Positions 1-9,938 of a stretch of DNA of 64,000 nucleotides are shown here, one piece after another (the stretch's first letter is position 1; every line of letters starts with the position of its first letter). The position numbers and the translations under genes were made by a program. The stretch is from the NCBI GenBank assembly GCA_018263335.1, contig JADFCY010000002.1:36249-100248 (forward strand). Reading direction: 5' to 3'. This stretch comes from Methanolinea sp. (GTDB lineage: Archaea > Halobacteriota > Methanomicrobia > Methanomicrobiales > Methanospirillaceae). The notes beneath the pieces were generated by a model. It searched no databases, was not told where the DNA came from, and was given only the letters and a program-made list of their open reading frames with translations.

Positions 1-5
1 GAAGG

Positions 6-206
6 ATGATAGGGCTCTCGGCCGGGCGGACTCTCATGGCAATCTCGCTTGGGGCGATTGCGGGCTGTACGCTGATTGCGGTCGGGGCCCAGTTGATAAA
101 GGAACTCATCCTCATGAACCTTCTCGCGGGGATTGGGGTGCTGATGGCGGTCCTGGTACTCCTGGCAGTCGCATACTTCCTGTATAAGAGGAGGTTGCAA
201 AAATGA
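6..206 (+). CDS. small membrane protein (may be 5'-truncated by window edge)
   Basis: 66-aa ORF with two hydrophobic helices and a basic C-terminus (KRRLQK). Confidence 0.55.
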   Translation: MIGLSAGRTLMAISLGAIAGCTLIAVGAQLIKELILMNLLAGIGVLMAVLVLLAVAYFLYKRRLQK

Positions 207-392
207 ATGCGCAATTCGCGGCCATTTCCCCCGGGGCGTCAGGGGGCCAGCGCATGGCTCCTGGCACTACACTGCGCAACGCCGTGAGATGTTCTTCATG
301 CCGGGCATTTGCGTTCGTTCTGCCATTCCCGTCGTCTTCATACGGTGGGAAAAACGCATGTCTCCGGATCCAGATGGAGGGAGTATGAGGCT

Positions 393-965
393 TTGAGCCT
401 TGTGATGGCTTTTTCAGGGATGTCGGGTGCGGTGATGGCAGGGGACCAGAGAGAGATCTTCTTCCAGGGAGACGAGTCCCGTATCGGGATCCTTCTGGCA
501 GAACTCAACTCAAACCTTCTCACGGACGATGAACAGCTCCATTCCCGTGCAAAAGAGCTCGGGATCGCGATTACCATAAGGGACGACAAGTGCAAAGTGA
601 CTTCGCGCGACGGCGTACTCATCGGGGAGGTGACTGAAACGGACGGCCCCGAAATCAGGAGGAGGCGTCTCTGCGTCTCCTGTGGGAAGTATGCCATCAT
701 CGAGAAGACGGGGCCTGAATGGACCGTCCTGTCCCGCGGTGAGGGGAGCCACTTCCTGGTCCTTGGAAACGATGCAACAAAGGCCATCGCTTACAACTGC
801 ATACAAAAGCACTGGAATCCTGGCGGAGGTACGCGGGAGGACGCGGTGAAGGTGCTCATCCTCTCAATGCAGGAGGCAGCAAAAAGGACCGCATCCGTGA
901 GCAGTGCGTTCTCCATCATCCAGACCCAGACAAGGGCCGACGTGCCGGGTACCACCTGCCTGTGA
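393..965 (+). CDS. DUF2121 / connectase-like protein (proteasome-beta-like Ntn fold)
   Basis: TTG start at 393 gives (M)SLVMAFSGMSGAVMAGDQREIFF, matching the DUF2121 N-terminus with Ser1; C-terminal TASVS motif; GGAGG upstream. Confidence 0.8.
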   Translation: MSLVMAFSGMSGAVMAGDQREIFFQGDESRIGILLAELNSNLLTDDEQLHSRAKELGIAITIRDDKCKVTSRDGVLIGEVTETDGPEIRRRRLCVSCGKYAIIEKTGPEWTVLSRGEGSHFLVLGNDATKAIAYNCIQKHWNPGGGTREDAVKVLILSMQEAAKRTASVSSAFSIIQTQTRADVPGTTCL

Positions 966-1241
966 CGGGCACGGGTCCGTCATTGAAAACTGCTCGAGAC
1001 AAGGATGGTCTTCCATGCCACCCCGCACATATTTTTTCGGAAAGATCTCCCTTTCCCGAACGGATCTGATGGGAGGAGAGCCCGCACCCCGGACACCTGC
1101 ATTCCCCCCTGAAACAGGGTCACTCATGCATCAATCGAAGGGAGAGAGGCCAGGTTAATCCGCCTGATTGGGTATGTTCCCTGAAAGGGACTTTTATAGG
1201 AAGAAGAGAAAAATTTGAGAAGAAGATACAAGGAAGAGAGA

Positions 1242-1526
1242 ATGAACCCGAAAGTGCGCATGATCGTTGAAGAGTTCTTCCCCAAGATCATTGAGACACA
1301 TATCCGTACCAGGTCTTCGATCGAGACGGCAACGCTCAGCCTTGACCGTTATCGGACCATGGGAATGCAGGCCGTCCGGAACCTTCCTCCTGAAGTGCAA
1401 CAGGAGAACCAGGATGCACTCGACAGCGCCTACCGGCTCGCCATAGAGAGGCTTTTGGAATTTCATGCAAGCGAGGTCTCGCAAGCGGGCGCGGCAGTTC
1501 CCAAAAAGACGGCCGAGTCCCCCTGA
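1242..1526 (+). CDS. hypothetical helical protein
   Basis: ORF MNPKVRMIVEEFF after a purine-rich leader and TTTTATA box; protein-like composition. Confidence 0.7.
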   Translation: MNPKVRMIVEEFFPKIIETHIRTRSSIETATLSLDRYRTMGMQAVRNLPPEVQQENQDALDSAYRLAIERLLEFHASEVSQAGAAVPKKTAESP

Positions 1527-1658
1527 CGCCTCTTCTCCATACTCCCCCCAAACATCGCAGAACTGTATTCCCGCCGTTTCTATCTGATCACCACCTCCTG
1601 GTCCCGCGCAACAACATCGGAAATCCTATTAACTCCGGCATCGCAGTCTTTACTATGT

Positions 1659-1677
1659 CATGCTATGCCATAGCATG
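1659..1677. promoter_or_regulatory. palindromic candidate operator upstream of binding protein 1
   Basis: Perfect inverted repeat CATGCTATG-C-CATAGCATG ending 10 nt before the ATG at 1688. Confidence 0.6.
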
Positions 1678-1687
1678 GTGAGTCTCC

Positions 1688-3013
1688 ATGAAGCGCGAGA
1701 GTATTTTATGTGTATTTCTGGCCGTCTGCCTCACGTTCCTGCTGTTGAGCTCAGGCTGCACCGAGCAGCAGCCTTCCGGAGAAGGGGGAGAAGTCAGGAT
1801 AGGAGTGGTCGCTTCCATGACCGGTGCGGCCAGCACGACCGGCAAAGACATCTGGCAGTCAGCCGAACTGGCAGCCGAAGAGATAAACGCAAAGGGCGGT
1901 ATTTATGTGAGCGGACTCGGGAAATCAGTCCCAATCCGCCTCGTACAGGGTGACGATGAATCCACACGCGAGGGCGGTCAGAAGGCGGTATCCAAGCTGA
2001 TCACCCAGGACAAGGTGGATGTCCTCGTCGGCGGCTATTCGAGCGCGGTGGTCTCTGCCCACCAGGCAATCGTCGCGGAATACAAGGTGCCTTACATCAT
2101 CTCCGGTGGTTCGAGCACGTCTGTATCGCACCGCAACGATATCGACACCAGTTACATGTTCTTCCACCGCCCGAACACCGACGATTCGGGGGAGGCGAGC
2201 ATCCTGTTCGTCGACCAGGTCGTCAGGCCCGCTCTGAATGGAAAATTCGGGTTCTCCGAAGACCGCCCGCTGAAGCTTGCCGTCATCTACCAGGACAGCC
2301 CGTTCGGGAAGGGACAGCTTGATGCCGTGAAGAACGTCATCGCGGCGCGCAACCTCAAAATAGAGATCATCGCAGAGGAGCCATTCAAGATGGGTGAGTC
2401 GGATTTCAGGACTGTGCTCACCTCCGTGAAGGCAAAGAACCCTGATATGATCTACTCTGTCACGTTCCTTAACGAACTCGTCCCCATGACGCAGCAGGCA
2501 AGGAGGGACGTCGGACTCAACACCCTTATCCTTGCAATCGAGAACAATGATGACCCTGACTATTACAAGGGCGTAGGGATATATGGCGACGGCCAGGTGA
2601 TGGAGAGCCGGTTCTCGCCCTACGCAGTCCCGAGGGGTTCGACCGAAGTTGCCACGAAGCAGTTCCTCGCCAACTTTGACAAGAAGTACGGTGGCTTTGC
2701 GGGGATGATGGGTGCTGCGACGTACGAATCCGTCTATATCACGAAGGAGGCGATCGAGAAAGCCGGGAGCCTTGACAAGGCAAAGATCAGGGATGCACTT
2801 GCGACCCTCTCCATGCCCCAGATGATGGAGATCATGAAGGGAGGGGTCATCTCGTTCTCCCCGGATTTCCGTGAGAGCAAGTTCGACCTCTACGTCGTCC
2901 AGCTCGCAATGGACCCGGCATCGGGAGAGCCGAGGCCCTTCATCGTCTGGCCTGATAACTTAAAAGACAGGGAATTTGTGGTGCCTGACTGGTATACTCC
3001 CGGATCCTCCTAA
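1688..3013 (+). CDS. livK: Liv/HAAT-type ABC transporter substrate-binding lipoprotein 1
   Basis: Signal peptide with lipobox SSGC; VRIGVVASMTG, EEINAKGG, LVGGYSS motifs. Confidence 0.9.
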   Translation: MKRESILCVFLAVCLTFLLLSSGCTEQQPSGEGGEVRIGVVASMTGAASTTGKDIWQSAELAAEEINAKGGIYVSGLGKSVPIRLVQGDDESTREGGQKAVSKLITQDKVDVLVGGYSSAVVSAHQAIVAEYKVPYIISGGSSTSVSHRNDIDTSYMFFHRPNTDDSGEASILFVDQVVRPALNGKFGFSEDRPLKLAVIYQDSPFGKGQLDAVKNVIAARNLKIEIIAEEPFKMGESDFRTVLTSVKAKNPDMIYSVTFLNELVPMTQQARRDVGLNTLILAIENNDDPDYYKGVGIYGDGQVMESRFSPYAVPRGSTEVATKQFLANFDKKYGGFAGMMGAATYESVYITKEAIEKAGSLDKAKIRDALATLSMPQMMEIMKGGVISFSPDFRESKFDLYVVQLAMDPASGEPRPFIVWPDNLKDREFVVPDWYTPGSS

Positions 3014-3045
3014 ATCTTTTTTACGGACTGGAGAAGGATTACTGT

Positions 3046-3927
3046 ATGGACGGGACCATCGGGATACTCAGCCAGGTTGCCTTCTGGGGCCTTTATTCGG
3101 GGTGCATCTACATCCTTCTGGCCACCGGTCTCAACCTCATCTTCGGGGTGATGAAGATCGTGAATTTCGCCCATGGCGAGTTCCTGATGCTCGGGACCTA
3201 CATCACGTTCTTCCTCTTTGTGATCAGCGGGTTCAACCCGTATATCCTCCTGATAGGCTCAATTCCCATACTCATCATTGTAGGGGTCATTGTCGAAAGG
3301 CTGTGCTTCAGGCCGATCCTCGGCACGGGCAAGCTGAACGAGATCTTCATCAGCCTCGGGTTGATCTACATCTTCCAGAACCTCGTCGCACTCATCTGGA
3401 CGGATGAATGGAGGTCTATGAGGAGCCCGTATGCGGATATCCTCATCAATCTTGGCCCAATCCAGCTGCCTCTCGATTACCTTATCATCATCACGGTGAC
3501 AGCGATGATCCTCGTCTCCCTCTACATCTTCCTCCAGAAGACCACACTCGGCAGGGCTATCAGGGCGGCGAGTCAGAACCGCAAGGGCGCCATGCTGATG
3601 GGAGTCAACGTCGAGAAGGTGGACATGCTCACCTTCGGCATCGGTGCAGGGCTCGCCGGTGCGGCGGGGACACTGTGGGCAGTGAGCGGACAGGTCTTCA
3701 ACCCGTACATGGGTTCGATCCCTGCCATAAAGGGCTTCGCCATCATCATCCTTGGCGGGCTCGGGAGCATCCCGGGAGCCATCATCGGGGGCCTCGCCAT
3801 CGGCATGGTCGAGAACTTCACCGCATTCACGCTCGGTGGTTCCTGGAAGGATGCCGTGTCCTTCATCCTGTTGATCGTGGTGCTCGTGATCAGGCCGACC
3901 GGCCTCTTCGGGGAGGCCGAGGAATGA
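3046..3927 (+). CDS. livH: Liv-type ABC permease
   Basis: GLNLIFGVMKIVNFAHGE; LGRAIRA; LGGLGSIPGA. Confidence 0.92.
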   Translation: MDGTIGILSQVAFWGLYSGCIYILLATGLNLIFGVMKIVNFAHGEFLMLGTYITFFLFVISGFNPYILLIGSIPILIIVGVIVERLCFRPILGTGKLNEIFISLGLIYIFQNLVALIWTDEWRSMRSPYADILINLGPIQLPLDYLIIITVTAMILVSLYIFLQKTTLGRAIRAASQNRKGAMLMGVNVEKVDMLTFGIGAGLAGAAGTLWAVSGQVFNPYMGSIPAIKGFAIIILGGLGSIPGAIIGGLAIGMVENFTAFTLGGSWKDAVSFILLIVVLVIRPTGLFGEAEE

Positions 3928-4889
3928 AGCTGCTCGACCCGCGTGATCCTCGCCACCTGCTCACGGTGGGATTCCTGGTGCTCGCGTTCCTGATTCCCCT
4001 CGTCATCGGATCGAGCCTCTATTACCTGACCATCCTCATCCTGATGCTGATATTCATCATCTACGCCTCAGCCTGGAACTTCCTCACCTTCTCCGGCCAG
4101 GGCTCACTTGGGCATGCGGCTTTCTTTGGTATCGGGGGATATGCCGCATCGCTGGTGGCCCTGAAGGTGGGGCTCCCGCCGCTCGTCACCCTCCTATTCG
4201 GCGGGTGCTTTGCCGCGCTGATCGGGGTCCTCATCGGGCTTACGTGTGTCCGTCTCCGTGAGTGGTTCCTGGCCATGGTGACGTTTGGGTTCGCGGTGAT
4301 CATCCAGACGCTCATCGTCAGCCAGCTCGCCCCGGTGACCGGCGGGTGGGACGGGTTCCCAGTCCCGAAACTTGTCCCCACCACCATCCCGGGGTACCTG
4401 ATGATCGAGTATTACCTGGTCCTGCTGATTGCGATCGCGGTCATCCTCACCTTCCGATACCTTCTCCAGTCGAGAATCGGGCTGGCACTGGCAGCAATCC
4501 GGGAGAACGAGGTAGAGGCGAGAGCTGCCGGAATCAACCCCGTGCCTTTCAAGCTCTTTGCGTTCGGTGTCAGCGCGTTCGTCACGGGGATCGCGGGGAG
4601 CCTTGAGATATTCCACTTCGGGTATATCACACCGGAGATATTCGGGATTGATCTCTCGTTCTGGCCAATCATCTATTCCATCACGGGAGGACTCGGGACC
4701 CTTTCGGGGCCGATCGTGGGAACTATCATTGTCACGCTGCTCTGGGACGGCCTGAACGCATTAGGCCTGACTTATGCGCGTTTTATCATCATCGGCGTCC
4801 TTCTCGTGCTCATCATCATCTTCCTGCCGCGGGGACTCGTCTCACTTCCCGACGAGATCAGAAAGAGACTCAAAGGAAAGAGATCCTGA
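3924..4889 (+). CDS. livM: Liv-type ABC permease
   Basis: ATGA overlap with livH stop; SLGHAAFFGIGGY; AIRENE; GGLGTLSGP. Confidence 0.92.
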   Translation: MKLLDPRDPRHLLTVGFLVLAFLIPLVIGSSLYYLTILILMLIFIIYASAWNFLTFSGQGSLGHAAFFGIGGYAASLVALKVGLPPLVTLLFGGCFAALIGVLIGLTCVRLREWFLAMVTFGFAVIIQTLIVSQLAPVTGGWDGFPVPKLVPTTIPGYLMIEYYLVLLIAIAVILTFRYLLQSRIGLALAAIRENEVEARAAGINPVPFKLFAFGVSAFVTGIAGSLEIFHFGYITPEIFGIDLSFWPIIYSITGGLGTLSGPIVGTIIVTLLWDGLNALGLTYARFIIIGVLLVLIIIFLPRGLVSLPDEIRKRLKGKRS

Positions 4890-5129
4890 CCCTTTCTCTT
4901 GAGGTGAGGGGGTCTGCGAGGCGTGCCCGGGAGGGTTTTCCCAAGAACCTCTCTCCCGGTTCCCCCCCACTCCGGTTTTCGCTCGTGCATGACCTGGCCA
5001 GTGAATCGCAAATCAACGACGTGCCATTCAGATGATGGCACGCAGGATCACTGACGCCGGTGTGACGGATGCGGAGGGGGAGTGTGCCTCACACACCGGA
5101 AAAAAGAGACAGGATGTGCAGAAAAGTGA

Positions 5130-5822
5130 CTACATCCCAAGATATGCTTCCTTTATCTGATCGTCGTGGAGGAGCTCCTCGGCAGGACCGGTCTTTGTGA
5201 TCCTCCCGCTCTCGAGGACATATCCCCTGTGAGAGATCTCAAGCGCCCTTCGCACGTTCTGCTCAACAAGCAGGATTGTCAGGCCCTCCTCGTTCAGACG
5301 CTGGACAGTCCCGAGCACCATATGGACGAGCTTGGGGGAGAGGCCAAGAGATGGTTCATCGAGGACGATGATCTCGGGGTCTGCCATGAGGCACCTCCCG
5401 ATGGCAAGCATCTGCTGCTCGCCCCCGCTCAGAGTACCCGCATTCTGCGCCTGCCTGTCTTTGAGTATGGGAAAGAGCTCAAACACATGGTCGAGCGCGT
5501 CACCATGACTGCGCACATAGGCGCCAAGCTCCAGGTTTTCTCTCACGGTCATCCTCGGGAAGAGCTCCCGCTTCTCGGGCACGAGGGAGAGGCGGCGCCG
5601 GACGATTTCGTAGGTGGGAAGGCCGAGTATGTTCTCGTCCCGCAGGAGGATCCGCCCTGTGGGAGAGGAGTTGAGTCCAAAGATGGTTGAAACGAGGGTG
5701 CTCTTCCCCGCACCGTTCGAGCCGATAAGCGTGACTACCTCTCCCCTTGAGACCTGCAGGGAGACGTCCCACAACACCTGGAGGTGTGAATACGATACGT
5801 TCAGGTTCTCTATGGCGAGCAC
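5130..5822 (-). CDS. livF: Liv-type ABC ATPase
   Basis: Walker A GSNGAGKST; LSGGEQQMLAIGR; LDEPSLGL; VEQN. Confidence 0.93.
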   Translation of the reverse strand: MLAIENLNVSYSHLQVLWDVSLQVSRGEVVTLIGSNGAGKSTLVSTIFGLNSSPTGRILLRDENILGLPTYEIVRRRLSLVPEKRELFPRMTVRENLELGAYVRSHGDALDHVFELFPILKDRQAQNAGTLSGGEQQMLAIGRCLMADPEIIVLDEPSLGLSPKLVHMVLGTVQRLNEEGLTILLVEQNVRRALEISHRGYVLESGRITKTGPAEELLHDDQIKEAYLGM

Positions 5823-5837
5823 GGGATTCTTCTCCGG

Positions 5838-6566
5838 TTAGAAGTGATAGCGCTCCCCAAGATATGAATCTATGACCTGCTCGTTGGAGGCGATCTCTTC
5901 CGGTGTCCCCTCGGCAATCTTCTCTCCGTGGTCGAGGACGACAATACGGTCGGAGACCCCCATGATGATGCGCATGACGTGCTCGATGATAAGGATTGTC
6001 AGGCCGTCGCTCCTTATCTCATGGATGAGACGCATCGCCTCCTTCCCTTCGCTCGGCGTGAGACCGGTCGTGAGTTCGTCAAGGAGGAGAAGTTTCGGAT
6101 GGGATGCAAGTGCCCTCGCAAGTTGCGACCTCCGGAGTTCTATCGTGTTGAGGCTGCTGACAGGGCTGTCGATCTTCGCCATGGGAAACCCGACCCGGAT
6201 AAGGCATTCCTCAGCCTCGGAATGCGCCTCCTTCACCGATGGTCGGCGGCCATTGCCGTAGAGTGCGCTGATCATCACTGCCTCTCTTGCGGTAAGGCCA
6301 GGAAACGAGCGCGGATGCTGGAAAGTCTTGGAGATTCCTTTCTTGCAGACGGCATCGAGGGAGAGACGTGTGATGTCTTCTCCTCCAAATATGATACCCC
6401 CCGAATCAGGGCGGTATATGCCTGAAATGAGGTTCATCAGGGTTGTCTTTCCTGCGCCGTTTGGGCCTACCAGGCCCAGGATCTCGCCTTCGTTGAGCGA
6501 AAGGTCAACCCTGTTCACCGCGGTAAGACCGCCGAAAGATTTTGTCACTCCGTTGACCCTGAGCAT
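5838..6566 (-). CDS. livG: Liv-type ABC ATPase
   Basis: MLRVNGVTKSFGGLTAV; GPNGAGKTT; LLLDE; IEH; C-terminal YLG. Confidence 0.93.
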   Translation of the reverse strand: MLRVNGVTKSFGGLTAVNRVDLSLNEGEILGLVGPNGAGKTTLMNLISGIYRPDSGGIIFGGEDITRLSLDAVCKKGISKTFQHPRSFPGLTAREAVMISALYGNGRRPSVKEAHSEAEECLIRVGFPMAKIDSPVSSLNTIELRRSQLARALASHPKLLLLDELTTGLTPSEGKEAMRLIHEIRSDGLTILIIEHVMRIIMGVSDRIVVLDHGEKIAEGTPEEIASNEQVIDSYLGERYHF

Positions 6567-6575
6567 TCCATGCAC

Positions 6576-6609
6576 CCTGCTAACAAATAGCATGATATAT
6601 GTTAGCATG
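6576..6609. promoter_or_regulatory. tandem palindromic candidate operators in the divergent livG/livK2 intergenic region
   Basis: CCTGCTA-ACAAA-TAGCATG (6576-6594) and CATGATA-TATGT-TAGCATG (6591-6609), each one mismatch from the site at 1659. Confidence 0.6.
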
Positions 6610-6647
6610 TAACAATATAAGCATATCCTTCGGGGTGAATTGAAGCG

Positions 6648-7964
6648 ATGAAGTATTCTTACCTGTACGTGGGGCTTCTCCTGGCCCTGGTGCTCTGTGC
6701 CGCATGTACACAGCAGCAGCCCCTATCCCAGGAGACCGTGAAGATAGGGGTGGTGGCGTCGATGACGGGGCCTGCAAGCACCACTGGAAAAGACATCTGG
6801 CAATCAGCCGTGCTTGCTGCCGATGAGATCAATGCCCGGGGCGGAGTCTTTGTCAAAGACCAAAACGCAAAGATTCCCATCACTCTCATCCAGGGAGATG
6901 ACGAATCGACAAGGGAGGGGGGACAGAAGGCAGTCTCACGGCTGATCACACAGGACAAGGTGGATGTCCTGGTTGGCGGCTTCTCGAGCGCGGTGGTTTC
7001 AGCTCACCAGTCGATAGTGGCCGAGCATGGCGTTCCCTATATCATCACCGGGGCTTCCACTCCCACCATCACGCAGAGGACCGATATCGATACAGGGACG
7101 ATGTTCCACTACTGCCCGACTACCGACGATTACGGGGAACAGACGACACTCTTTGTCGATGAAGTCATCAGGGATGCAATAAATGCGCACTTTGGATACT
7201 CTGACACCCGGCCCCTCCGCCTGGCCCTGCTTGTCCAGGACAGCCCGTACGGGAAAGGCGTCCAGAAGGCAGTGAAAGATACCATCGCGAAGAGGAATCT
7301 CAATATCGTGATTGTTGCGGAAGAGACGTTCAAGATGGGGGAGACGGACTTCCGGACCGCGCTCACTTCCATAAAGGCCGCACAGCCGGACGTGGTCTAT
7401 CCTGCCGCATTCTTAAACGAGCAGATCCCGATGGTGACCCAGGCGAGGAGGGATGTCGGGCTGAACACCATCTTCCTTGCCGTCGAGTGCAATGACGATC
7501 CCGATTACTACGAGGGCCTCGGGAGATACGGGGAATACTCCATCATCGAGACACGTTTCAGCCCCTATGCAATACCGAGGGGAGACATCGCGGATGACAT
7601 GGCAGCGTTCAGGGTAAACTTCCAGAAGAGGTGGGGGTCATACCCCGGCATGATGGGAGCGTCGACCTACGAGGGAATCTACATCGCGGCCCGCGCGGTT
7701 GAGGAGGCGGGGACCAGGCAGAAGGAAAAAGTCACTGCCGCACTCGATGCACTGTCGATGCCGCAGATGATCGAGGCGATGAAGGGCGGGGTGATCACCT
7801 TCACCGATGATTTCCGTGAGGCAAAGTTCGATCTCTACATGGAGCAGCTCATGTGGAACGAGACCAGCCAGGAACTCCGGCCCGTGATCGTATGGCCTGA
7901 CCACATGAAAGAGGCTGATTTCGTCCTGCCCGGGTGGTACGTCCCGGGACCGGCCACGCCGTGA
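6648..7964 (+). CDS. livK: Liv/HAAT-type ABC substrate-binding lipoprotein 2 (paralogue of 1688..3013)
   Basis: Lipobox AAC; long identical blocks with protein 1 such as ASTTGKDIWQSA, QGDDESTREGGQKAVS, QARRDVGLNT. Confidence 0.9.
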   Translation: MKYSYLYVGLLLALVLCAACTQQQPLSQETVKIGVVASMTGPASTTGKDIWQSAVLAADEINARGGVFVKDQNAKIPITLIQGDDESTREGGQKAVSRLITQDKVDVLVGGFSSAVVSAHQSIVAEHGVPYIITGASTPTITQRTDIDTGTMFHYCPTTDDYGEQTTLFVDEVIRDAINAHFGYSDTRPLRLALLVQDSPYGKGVQKAVKDTIAKRNLNIVIVAEETFKMGETDFRTALTSIKAAQPDVVYPAAFLNEQIPMVTQARRDVGLNTIFLAVECNDDPDYYEGLGRYGEYSIIETRFSPYAIPRGDIADDMAAFRVNFQKRWGSYPGMMGASTYEGIYIAARAVEEAGTRQKEKVTAALDALSMPQMIEAMKGGVITFTDDFREAKFDLYMEQLMWNETSQELRPVIVWPDHMKEADFVLPGWYVPGPATP

Positions 7965-7991
7965 TCTCTCCCTCTCCCATCTCCTGTTTTT

Positions 7992-9776
7992 TTAGCCGCC
8001 CGTCCGACCAGGACCCTGATCCCGGGCGTTGCCGAACCTGTATACCCCTTTCGGAACCCGGATCTCGAAGCGTGCGCCTTCTCCCGGGACTCCGGTTTCT
8101 GATATTGTGATACCCGTCACTGACAGTATTCCCCTCGTCAGGAACAGCCCAAGGCCGCGGTTCCTTCCAAACCCCTGCTCGAAGATCAGGTTTTTCTGGT
8201 GAGAGGGAATTCCCACGCCGTCGTCCTCGTACACAAGGACGCCTGAACCCTCCTCTTCGTGGAATGTGAGCCGGATCCTGGTCACCTTCTCTCCATGATT
8301 GAGTGAATTGTCTATCAGGTTGAATATCACTCTCCCGAGGAGCGGATCGGAATATATCTCGAGATCCCCGGTATCGATGTCCACATCGACCTCACCCAGA
8401 GGCATCTTCCTTCCAATGCCGGTGGCGAGATCACGGATGTTGAACCACGCCGGCCTCGCATGGTCCCCGCCCAACTCGTACTCGCGGGTGAATGCCAGCT
8501 GCTCTTCTATTGCAGCAGACGCGGAACTGATGCGGTCAATAAATGGAACTGCCGGAGAGTCGGAAGGCAGTGAATCGCGGGAGAGGTCTGCAAAACCCCT
8601 TATCACTGTTATCTGGTTCAAAATATCGTGGCGCGTGATCTTCGAGAGCAGTTTCAGCTTCTCGTTTGCTATCCTCGCACTCTCCCTTGCAGCACGCTCC
8701 GCTTTGATATGTTCTTCCAGCGCATCGAGGGTATGGTCAATCCCCGCGGAGAGGCTTGAGATCTCATCGTCACCGGAGAGACGGGTTCGGGCTGAAAAAT
8801 CCTGCGTGTCTGCGATCTCCTTCATCTTCGCCTCAAGGAGGGAGAGCCTCGAGAGGAAACTCCGGTCTATTATATAAATGACGGCAAGGACGCTGGTGCA
8901 CCCGATAGCGGCGATGAGGGAAAGGGAGAGGAGCAGGCTCTCCATCGCAATCCGGTGGGTAACCCTCGGGCTTTCGACCCGGAATACGGCTGCGGGCATC
9001 CCGTAAATATCCTCAAAGAGGGTAATGGCGGTGATGGTGTTTCCATCCGGCGAAATACTCACAAGGGAGGATCTCTCCTGCCTCCCTACGCTTTCCTGGA
9101 CAATATCCCATGCAGTCTCTCCATCCGCTGCACACAGGACCGAGAGGTTTGTGGAAGTCAGGCGTGCTATCCTTGCGACCTCCGTGTCACCAAGGTACCG
9201 CCCGATACAGAGATAGCCTGCAACGGGCCCGGTCGAATCGCTCCTCAATATTGGATCAAGAGAGATGAGGAGGAGCCCCTCAGGGAGGCTGATGATCCCG
9301 CTGATTCTTGCATCTTCACCTCCTTTGTTCCTGTGAATTTCATCAAGAATCTCTTTTGCAGGGTTGACCGCGAGTGCCTGCGGAATTTCAATCTCCCGGA
9401 ATCCGAGATAATCATATCCTTTCCCGTAAAAAAGAGTCCCATTGAGGTCATAATACAGCATGAGGTTGAGTTGCAGGCTTGTAAACGTCTTATCCATCAG
9501 GTTATTCTCGATATATTTTCCATCCCGGTCCTGCGCAAAAAAGTACGTATCATCCCACTGGCTCCAATCTAAGGCCGTTCCTTCAAGTGAGACCAGATCG
9601 TTCTCCACAATCCGGACTGTCCGAAGCACGCCCTCTGATGCCTCTCTTGACTCGATCTGCGCGATGGCAGGGATCATCACGAGCTGCATGCCCGCAAAGA
9701 TTGCCGTACCAATGGCGAGTACGAGGATGAGAATCGCGAAAATCACGTTCCTGCGTATGTGCATGCGTCTGTTCAA
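7992..9776 (-). CDS. CHASE4-HAMP sensor histidine kinase
   Basis: TM, DWSQWDDTY (CHASE4), TM, HAMP (GDDEI), H-box ITRHDILNQ, N-box NLIDNS, DDGVG, GLGL. Confidence 0.9.
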   Translation of the reverse strand: MNRRMHIRRNVIFAILILVLAIGTAIFAGMQLVMIPAIAQIESREASEGVLRTVRIVENDLVSLEGTALDWSQWDDTYFFAQDRDGKYIENNLMDKTFTSLQLNLMLYYDLNGTLFYGKGYDYLGFREIEIPQALAVNPAKEILDEIHRNKGGEDARISGIISLPEGLLLISLDPILRSDSTGPVAGYLCIGRYLGDTEVARIARLTSTNLSVLCAADGETAWDIVQESVGRQERSSLVSISPDGNTITAITLFEDIYGMPAAVFRVESPRVTHRIAMESLLLSLSLIAAIGCTSVLAVIYIIDRSFLSRLSLLEAKMKEIADTQDFSARTRLSGDDEISSLSAGIDHTLDALEEHIKAERAARESARIANEKLKLLSKITRHDILNQITVIRGFADLSRDSLPSDSPAVPFIDRISSASAAIEEQLAFTREYELGGDHARPAWFNIRDLATGIGRKMPLGEVDVDIDTGDLEIYSDPLLGRVIFNLIDNSLNHGEKVTRIRLTFHEEEGSGVLVYEDDGVGIPSHQKNLIFEQGFGRNRGLGLFLTRGILSVTGITISETGVPGEGARFEIRVPKGVYRFGNARDQGPGRTGG

Positions 9777-9938
9777 CCTGCCCTGGTCCTCTGTCGTTCA
9801 ATGAATGCAGTACCAATCTGTCCTGCAGTTGGACACGCCAAATGGCAGGGAGCAGGCTCTATATGAGGCACGTCTCAAATGTCATTCTCACATGGCATCA
9901 AAATTACTATCACTGCCCATTTGAAAGAGAGTTATATC

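Noticed and set aside
207..360. Hairpins upstream of the connectase-like gene
   Set aside because: Stems are short, GC-driven and partly mutually exclusive; not distinguishable from chance by eye
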